The notes under the pieces: model-generated | The model's input: the letters and a program-made list of their open reading frames with translations, nothing else | Databases searched by the model: none | What the model was told of the DNA's origin: nothing | Translations under genes and position numbers: made by a program | Origin: Seison nebaliae | Lineage: Eukaryota | NCBI GenBank assembly: GCA_023231475.1 | Contig: JALJEE010000604.1 | Span: 1-52,113, forward strand | Length of the DNA: 52,113 bases | Direction of reading: 5' to 3' | Shown here: one piece after another, positions 42,801-52,113 of the stretch | How positions within the stretch are numbered: position 1 is the first letter of the stretch | Layout: each line of letters starts with the position of its first letter

Positions 42801-45800
42801 TTTCCTAGGTGTACCTAATCCTGTATGTACATGTCTCCCAGAATTTACTGGTAGACGATGTGAATTAAAACTTGACGAATCAGATGGTTGTAATAATGTT
42901 CGATGTATGAATAACGCTAAATGTACTAACGTAAACAATCAAATCACCTGTATTTGTGAGAGTCCTTTCTCGGGGGACATTTGTGAATTGTGTGTTCGAA
43001 AAACGAAGGACGATTGTAATATCGTGCGTAAATGTCCCACCACCACATGTGATATGGATGAGATATGTATCCAAAATGGAATAGATTTAGCTGTCTGTTA
43101 TAAAACAGATCCGACTGTAAGCACTGAATCGACTAGTAGTTCAACATCGAATACTATAAATAATATTACCACAACTTCCACTTTAACTACTACGATTACT
43201 ACTACAACAAGTAGTTCCACTATAACTTTAAGTACTACAACTGAATCGATTATTATTGTCGAAAATTCTACCTCGACCTCTACGACTGATTCTACTTCTG
43301 ATGAGGTTACTGTAACAAAGGTAACCGATACATCAGGTAATCTCATAAGATTAATCGTCTTTAGCTTCTTTTATTCAACTTTTTAAAATAGTAAGAGAAC
43401 TATACGAAAATTGAAAGAATTAATTTTTTTTATTCCTTATTCTCTTGACAGCTTATCGTCTTCGTATCTATCGAAGAACTTTTATAAGTACTCGAGCGAA
43501 TGGTCTCAATGCTTCTCTTACAAACTTTTTTTTTCTTATTTTTTTCTTTTCTGTCTCATCTGCTATTAACTTATTATTTATTATATTCACACTATCTAAT
43601 ACTCTTCCCCTTTCACACTCCTCTAACCATTACCTAGACCACTGCGATTAATACGACTACTAATATGTTGGTGTTCATTTAGAATTGATTAATCCCATTT
43701 GTCAAATTTTCAAATATTCTTAAAAAATTTAATTAATTCACTTCGTATTTCAGCTAATCCATGTGTGTCGAACCCATGTAAGAATGGTGCCGAATGTAAA
43801 GAAGAGAATAATGGTTATAAATGTGATTGTGTTAAAAGCAACTCTTTCGGTCCGAACTGTGTTGCATTCATACGTTTCTCATTTCCTTTTCTCTTTTCCA
43901 CTAAACATTTTAATCTAGCTAAATTTTTCGTTGAAATACCAAATAAGAATGAAATTCAAGTTAAAAACGACAACTCACCTCCCGATTTGGAGTACATATC
44001 AACTCTTGAAAACAGTTGTGACGAGGATGTTGTTGTGAATGGTGCGGAAACAGTTCAAACTAACCAATTGGCCTGTCTCAATCAACTTTACGTTAAATAC
44101 AAACATAAAGAAGACGACCAATTTAAATGGGATAATAAAACAGTGTCATTTTGCAGTTAATATTTTCATTCATTCATCTTTCCTTCATATTCCTCGTCAT
44201 TAAACATTATATAGAAGGAAATATTGATTTTGATGCATCGAAATCGAAGACCACAACAAATAAAGATGCAACATCATCATTGAATTATGTCATGGAAATA
44301 GTTCAATTCTACTTTTAATTTGAATTCATTCCGTCCTTTTAACAGAAAGAATCATTCCCAAAAAATGAATTCGACAGTTGTTTGAAAGACGTTTATGTTA
44401 TTGACGACACAAATGGTGATTCTAAAGAACATCGATCAGTAATAGACTCGAATACATTAGTAAGAGATTATCCCAAAATCTTCTTCTCTCCAACCAAAAT
44501 TCTCACAACGAAACTTGTTCTAAATAATAATGTAACAATTTTATCTGATCCTTCCCAATTCATATTATCCAATCCATTGAAACCGCCAATATTATCAGAT
44601 CAAAAATATGAAAATGACAAATTACAATTAACTCTCAACTCGTCTTATGAATTAGATGACAATGAATCGGATGATATGTTACAAAATAAAGTTTCTTTTC
44701 TTCTCAAATATTTCCGTTTTCAAATTCTTCTCATTCTTATTAGATCGAATTGACCCCGGTCAATTCGAATGAAATCACTCAAAATATCACTTCATCGATT
44801 CGATATCCGTCAATTACTTTCGATGATTTACCATCATTGACAACGTATACGATGACCGGTTCTACTATACAAACAGATCCGAATGATAATACCAAAGTGT
44901 CTTCGCCGGCCAATTATGGTCAATTCACTACCGGATTAAGAAGACCGGCAATTCCCTTATTAAATCGAATTGATAACGAAGTCGGTTTGGCCGTTTCAGT
45001 TCCAAAATATCCTGACGAAAATAAAATAGAGTTTGTGAAGATTTGTTATACTTTCTTTCCATATATTATGTTGCCCGTTAGTCGATATATAGTGAAAGTC
45101 AACGAGTTTGATCAAAATAATAAAATGACAAACAATTTCTCACAAATATTCACCCCGAATGAATATGATAATTATGATTTAATAAAACTCGGCAATTCTT
45201 ATGGGAACATGAACATTTCACGTGATAAGACGTACAATGTCGTCGTTCAAGTGGAGAAGGGTGCACAAGTTATTCTTTTTCAGACATATGGAAAAATGTT
45301 CCAATTAATTCTCTTCTGAACATTCCCAATAAAATAGCATGCTGAAAGCTTACAAGCTATTTCAACACCGTGTTCGTATTCTCATCATCATTTATTTAAA
45401 AAAAATCATTAATTCTTTATCAAATTTCAATTTAGTAACTTCGGGTAACGGAGGAGTAGTCGGTTCTGGATTAACACCTGGAGAAATTGCCGCTGCCGTT
45501 GTCGGAGGTCTACTCGGACTGTTGTTATTATTGTTACTTTGTGCGTGTTGTTATCGGTTTAGAATGGAATTTATTTCTCGCTTAAATAAAATTCTCTTTT
45601 TCAAGTTATTGTTGTGAGAAATCGATACAGCCAGTTAAAATGAAAACATATCAGAATGAGAATGCGTCGATTGATGAAAGGGTTCTCGTCCAAAATAAGA
45701 CATACGATTCAACAGGTTTCTTTTTCTCATTTATAAAGGAAAAATTAAAAAAAATATGAACTTTTTATTAGAATCATATTCATCACATTATCATCATATA

Positions 45801-48650
45801 CCAATCATACATAAGAATTTGGAAGTGACAAATATCGATGAGACAGCTGCAGCTAATAATTTTCATAATGTCAAGGACGTTTCTTCATCTTATGCAATTC
45901 GTGATTCCATCAACGATGTTATGATGAATAAGACGTCGATTAATTTCCGTGTAAAGAACGATGATTCGATTAATGAATATGAGCCACATGGAAGAAATTT
46001 TACGGAAGAAGAAGAAGAAACCATCTCTCATCAAGTCTCTCAATTCACCACGAATTTCCATCCGAATATCATCAATTCTTATATGTTATCATCCGACAAT
46101 AATAGTCAAATGAATGCCGTCCAAAGTTCTCAACCAATCTATACAGTTCAGGGTATCAATTCTCAAAACTATCCGATAAATCGTGCACCCACTTTAAATG
46201 ATTTGCAACGATATGACGATTCCGTAGCAACGTCTTTATCAACCACAACCTCCGATGATGACAGTAAGTTGAAGAAGTTGATTAACGTCACTTATAAAGT
46301 GTCAAAAGATGATCTACAAAAGAAATTGGACGATGAGAATGTTGATAAAATTTACAAAGAATTTCATGTTCTTCTTTCTTTCCCCTAGAATTTTTTCTCA
46401 ATTGTTTTCTCTTTTCTTTTCCCAATTTAGAATTTGGAGGAAACGGATCGAATTGACAAATGGAAGAACTCTTGTCGTACCGCCACTTTACAAAAAAATC
46501 TCAATAAAAATATTTATAAGCATATTCTTCCATGTTCAACATTCATTCATTCATTAATTTAATTATTTATTCTCAATTGTCTCTTCTAGATGACTTTTCT
46601 CGTGTTCGATTAAATTTAGATACCGCCAATGTGAATCATGTCAATTCGAATGATTACATCAATGCCAGTTATATCGATGGATATCAGACGCCCAACCAAT
46701 ACATCGCCACACAAATGCCAATTGAAGAAACGATTCATGATTTTTGGCGATTAGTTTGGCAATACAAAATCACAAGAATCGTCATGTTAAATGAGATTGA
46801 TGAGAAATCGATATTTATCAAATATTGGCCCGATCTCAATCATACCATGTCATTTGGTGATAACATCGTGGTAAAGAAGACATCCGAAACAAAATTAGCT
46901 CATTTCCGTATGAGTAACTTTATCATCGAGAAAGTTTTCCTTTTATGATTATTGAAAGAATAAAAGTATTCCCATTCATTTCTCAGCAAGGTAAAGAAAG
47001 ACGTGAAGTGAACCATTTCCATTTTATTTCATGGCCGATTAACTCCGTTCCCAATTCTGCTCATCTTCTCCTTTTTATGAGATATGTCGATCTATTCGAT
47101 CCGTCGAGCACAATTCCCTTATTAGTACATTGTAACGATGGAGCGGGACGTACTGGAACATTTATAACAATAAACTCACTCCTACAAGAAGGTCAATGGG
47201 AACAAAGTGTTAATCCACAAGCGTATGTACAAACGATTCGTGATCAGAGACGTGGAATGGTAAAAACTCAAGTTTATTTTCTTTCCTTTTTCATCTCATC
47301 TCTATTATCATTATCAATTTAGGAACAATATCGATTCATTTATCAAACGTTATTGGAAGGAATAATTTGTGATCATCCGACAAATTATCATGTCTCCCAA
47401 TTTCCACTCATCACTCAAAAGAAATTAGCGGCAGCACAATATGCAATAAAAGAAACTCCGTTGAAAGCTGAATTTTGGGTTGAATTAATTTTTTATTTTA
47501 TTTGATTCAAATTCGATTTATTCGATAAACACAGACACTGAAAAGTTTAGGTCGTAGAGAAGATGAATTTTATGTGACAGGCGAAAAGAAGATGAATGAG
47601 AAGAAGAATCGTGAAAAACATATTATTGCCGGTTCCGTATTTATCGAGAATATTTCAGTGTTCTAATTCCAATTTCAGCCGATTGGACACGACCACGTTT
47701 ACATATCGACCAGAATGGTAATGATTACATTAACGCCGTTTATGTGAATGTTGGAATTCTTCTATTTCGTTCATTTTTACACGCATAAATTATTAGGGTG
47801 TCACTAATCAAGGACAATTTATTTGTACCCAGTTGCCATTGAAAGAGACAATGAAGGATTATTTATCATTATTAATTTTACATAAAGTTCCAATTCTTTC
47901 GACGATGGAAGAGATTTGAGAAAATTTAACTTTAGATCCGATTATTCATCACTATTGACAATGGCATGAAATCGACAATTGAACCGTTTCACAACATCTT
48001 TCCAAAGACGAAAGGATCCACTTCCAAATTAAACGGATTCAAAATTACAAATATCGAGACTAGTGATATATTGAACAATGGATCGTTGATCTATCAAAAA
48101 TTCAATTTATCTTCATCGAAAGTTCTCCTTTTTTTACTTTCAATCATCATCTCATTTTTAGTCTTCACAACGACAAATTGAACATCTCCAATTAACTCGT
48201 ATTACACAAGAGAAACAAAGTTTAATTGCACTTTGTCGATGTTTATCTCATGTACGAGAACATATCAACTGTAACGGGAAAGGATCAATCATTGTTCAAG
48301 ATTTGTTAGACAATTCTCTCCAATCTAATATTTAATCAAATTTCTTTCTATCATTATTTCGACGTTTTAACTTAAAGGAACGGAAACGAATTATCAGGAT
48401 TATTCATTCTACTCTACAATGCATTAGATCGAATGCAATATACAAATACCATCGACATCTTTCAAGAGACACGTCTTATTCGTATTCATCGTCCCTCATT
48501 CATAGGGAATCTAGTTTGAAAATTTTTCACAATTTAATCTCATCAACTTCTTTCCAGCCGTTATATGTACAAGCGCATAAGATTCTAATGCATCTAACAT
48601 CGTCCGATGATTTCGGACATGGATTTAATATTGGTAGGACGCATCTATAA
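36853..48650 (+). CDS. Giant receptor-type protein tyrosine phosphatase-like protein: signal peptide, WSC-like domain, about 42 EGF repeats, S/T stalk, EGF, FN3-like region, TM, PTP D1, PTP D2 (about 3150-3200 aa, about 36 exons)
   Basis: One frame can be spliced from [15 protein letters not shown] (36853) through [26 protein letters not shown] (WSC-like), the EGF array (largest exon 38900-42286), [21 protein letters not shown] (about 45486-45542), D1 ([36 protein letters not shown]) and D2 ([17 protein letters not shown]) to TAA at 48650, using 35 GT-AG introns. Confidence 0.82.
40027..40458 (+). repeat. Four tandem 108-nt (36-aa) EGF units; 40132-40239 and 40240-40347 are nearly identical
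   Basis: NSPC[AT]SNPCLN..C..N.FGYQCQC.NGY.G..C four times; the middle two units differ at only a few nucleotides. Confidence 0.9.
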
Positions 48651-49012
48651 AAAAAACGATGTAACAAATAAAGAACGATCTCATAAGAAAAATTGATGAA
48701 ATTTTAATTGTTATTTTAATCGTTTTCTTCTTCTATTAAATACTTCCATCGACATAATTGCCCATAACTCCAATATTTCCATAAAAATTTCCTCCAGATA
48801 AAAGTCCATAAGATCATAATCAATAAATCATTTTACAGAGTATTGTTATCTCTCATTAAAAAAAAGTGAAAATTCTGAACAATTATATTTTTAAAATAAA
48901 ACAGGTGAAAAAAAATGAAAATATTAAATGAACAAAAAAATTCTATGAAATTAATATGATGAAAATTTAAAAAAAAAAGGAAGAAAAGATAAAATTTTGT
49001 ATTTAATGTTCT

Positions 49013-51510
49013 TCACAGTGAGAATACACTCATAAAATGTTCCATTGTTCGACCATCTTCCGGCAATTCCATTTCATCGATTATATTCTGATTTGTGAGA
49101 GTAAATTCTCCCACAAGGACACTATGCAGTCCTGGTATTACGGTGACACGATATTTATTCATTATCATCTGTTCGTTCATGAAAATCGTTTGGAATGTAT
49201 TCAAATCGACTGATAAATTGGCATTCTTCTCGAAGATTACTGGAATCGCGAATGGAGGTTGACTAGTTATCGATTCAATCCATTCCGAATCGATGATATA
49301 AATCACATCATTATTCGCAGTAAATTTCCCTCCAAAATCAACAGAGAAAATTGTTGATATTTTTTCACCTCTCTCCACAATCATTCCACTAGAAAATAAA
49401 TAAAATTAATCTTAATTAAAGAATTAATTACATACCGTACGAATTCCTTCCCCTCTGCATCAACTAAACACGGACTATATTTGTTCAAATTTTTAAATTT
49501 CCCCAGCGACAACTTCCATTCTGATAATTCGTCTCTAAAAAAATTAAATAAATAATAAAAATGAAAATTTAAAATAATTAGAAAAGATAACGATAATACC
49601 GCACGTAATTCTGTAAGAATCTTGTGATATTGAGGATATGTCACTTGATAATTCTTATTAAATTTCAAATAGATTTCATCACATTGTATCCAAAATGAGG
49701 TAAGTGAATCGATCGATGTAATTTTCACAGTCAAATCTTTATTTACGTTCCTAAATTCATCCATCAAATTTTCATAATAATACATATCTATGAATTTCGA
49801 TTCGAATACTTCATCCCTTATCAGTTTCATGTTACTTGAAATCAATTTTGTATCAAATGGAATCTTATTTTCTTTTGTTGGCGAACCGTTCAATGATTCA
49901 TCAACTGTTAGATCGATTTCTTTTTCCCGTTTGCATCGTTTATTTTCTGTTTCAACTTCTAAATCCATTTCAACATCTTCGATTGATGACGATTTGAAAT
50001 TAAGTTTACTTGGAACTTCTTGATTTTTCAATAACATCCTTTCATCTTTATTTTCATTCTCAGATTGCTCCTTCACATTAGGAGCGACATTTGTCAATAC
50101 TTTCTTATTTTCATTCACTATTGGAGAAGTTATTTTTGTTTGGGAAGCAGAAACAATATATTGTTCTTCCACAGATGGTCCAATATGAGAACGTTCTCTT
50201 GATGGTCTACTCGTTGGATTTGGTGGTAATTTTGAAAAAATCGGATTTGATGGTAATTTTGAAATAATTGGATTTGATGGTAATTTTGAAATAATTGGAT
50301 TTGATGGTAATTTTGAAATAATTGGATTTGATGGTAATTTTGAAATAATTGGATTTGATGGTAATTCTGTAATGATCGGATTTGATGGTAATTCTGTAAT
50401 GATCGGATTTCCTGCTACCGGTTTAGTATACAAATTAGCCAGATGTTGTTTATTCATTTGATTAATTCCTGATTGTGTATTAAAATTATTTTTGTTGAGT
50501 GGTGGAGGAAATTGATTTACTGAAGATTGAGAAATCGATTCATTTCCTAAATTATTCGCTTCTTTCTCCAGAGCTACATTTTGATTTGAAGTCGGTGAAT
50601 TTTCCAAATTTCTTTTATTGTTCCGATTGTTAACGTAATCATTTTTCTGATAAGAGAAAGGTGGAGCAAATTGTGTTGGAGGAGGGAAATTTGTGAGAGA
50701 AGGATTTGGCGGTTGTGTAAATTGAGGATATTTCGTTAATTGTTGTGAGTAATTTTGTGGAATTGTACTGGATGGATTCTTCATGAAATTCTGCTCCTTA
50801 ATTGGTGGAGGAGGGAATTGAGTTAAATGATTATTTGACAATTCTTTCGTTTCCCATGAATCTGTCTTTGACAATACAATATTTTGATTGGGAGAAGATA
50901 ATAAATTTTTTTTTGGCTGTTCTTCCGGAATATGATTAAGCAACATATCATTCTTATAAAGTGCCACAGTAAACGGATATTTTTCATTGAGAAGGCGTCT
51001 TGTCTCTTTCCAACTTTTCACCAATACTTGTAATTTCTTCTCACCTTTCACTTTGAACGCATACTTGAACACTATCAAATTCGAATTTATGATACGGAGA
51101 ACGGATTGAGCCTAAATAAAATTCAAATTTAGATAGAATGAAAAAAATATATTAACGTCACTGACAGTTAGAGGAATGTTAGAGATGAGGAGAGCATAAC
51201 AATATTCGTCTTGACTATGTAACTGACTAATCTCCTCGTCGCTGATGAAGAGTTTGTAATCGAGCAACAACTGAGGTGAAGTTTCTTAAAAGAATAAAAG
51301 AATTATAATGGAGAATAAAAAGAATCAACTTGCAATTGGCATAATTACGCAAAAATCACTTTGACATTGTAACAAATCATCATAAAGTAAAATGGTTCGA
51401 TGATTGTCAGCTGACCAAAACGTTTTCAAGAAACAATTCAACTTCACACTCTTCACAATTTCACCCAATTCACTTGTGTCAATTACGATAATACTTACAC
51501 ATTTATTCAT
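49013..51510 (-). CDS. RRM-like plus extended Tudor domain protein (TDRD-like); introns 51285-51329, 51112-51156, 49535-49591, 49389-49435; start uncertain (a possible extra exon begins at ATG 51683)
   Basis: RNP2-like LLISNIP near the N-terminus; P/N/Q-rich linker; extended-Tudor motifs VKITSIDSLTSFWIQ..PCLVDAEGKEFVRGMIV..IFSVDFG..SQPPFAI. Confidence 0.62.
50216..50404 (-). repeat. Seven tandem 27-nt coding repeats (9-aa unit NPIISKLPS / NPIITELPS)
   Basis: ggatttgatggtaattttgaaataatt repeated with a 27-nt period; four identical copies, two of a variant, one degenerate. Confidence 0.95.
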
Positions 51511-52113
51511 GTTTCCTTCCACTGAAAAGATATTATATCGGAAATTTCACTTTCTTAGAATTATATCAGAATAAGAATAATATGCTGAAGATATTGCAGT
51601 ACATGTTTTATCAATTTGAATGTTCACGTGAAACTAAAAGTTATTCCCTTTATCTCCTTCTTCATTCTCTCCAATTTCACCATTTTATTCTTTAGCTTAA
51701 TCCTCAAATCTTAATCCATCTTTTCTTGTAAATTTATCACAAAATACTCAACTTCTCTTATTAATCTCGTATTAAACTTATCTCGATTTATCTCTCTTCG
51801 TCTCTTAATTCTAATACAAATTTGTTGTTTTATTTCAATTTATTCCTCTGCACGTTAATTGTACTTTTAAATTCCAGTCATCAAATATCTTTCCCCTGAT
51901 AGTAGCAAAATATCCCAGAGCGGAAAATATCCCTGAAAATTTTAGAAATGTTTTTCAACTGCCTTAATTAGATGGATATACAGTAGGAATTTAAAGTAAT
52001 CGGACACTTTTACGTTTTTATAAAACCGGTCATAACTTCTGTCCTATGAAGTATCTTTCGTAAAGGTGGATATCGCAAAATAGCCCTATTCAAGCTCTTA
52101 AACATAGTGCAAA

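Noticed and set aside
50216..50404. CRISPR-like array
   Set aside because: Head-to-tail in-frame repeats with no unique spacers, in a eukaryotic gene.
834..51510. Alternative genetic code or frameshifting to explain broken ORFs
   Set aside because: Short GT-AG introns restore all frames, and TAA, TAG and TGA are each used as terminal stops.

Overview
AT-rich, gene-dense eukaryotic (metazoan) genomic DNA using the standard genetic code. No prokaryotic features, RNA genes, CRISPR arrays or intact transposons were recognised. Six spliced or single-exon protein genes can be built by hand: (1) a PHLDB/LL5-like PH-domain protein (-, 834-14812, 3 large exons); (2) a TAO kinase (-, 17236-20780); (3) an ABHD12-like serine hydrolase (+, 25543-27069, 10 exons); (4) a STRIP1/FAM40 homologue (-, 28967-33862, single coding exon); (5) a giant receptor-type tyrosine phosphatase-like protein (+, 36853-48650, about 36 exons) with signal peptide, WSC-like domain, about 42 Notch-type EGF repeats, S/T stalk, FN3-like region, TM helix and two degenerate PTP domains; (6) an RRM-like plus Tudor protein (-, 49013-51510). 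Two signals stand out. First, the splice-site grammar: 49 of 53 introns I could place begin GTT, +5G is at about background frequency, pyrimidine tracts sit just after the donor, and AAG acceptors are frequent. Second, the Notch-like EGF-array/double pseudophosphatase receptor. All gene models, counts and homologies were made by eye from frame continuity and remembered family motifs; no database search or RNA evidence was available, and the species cannot be determined from the sequence.
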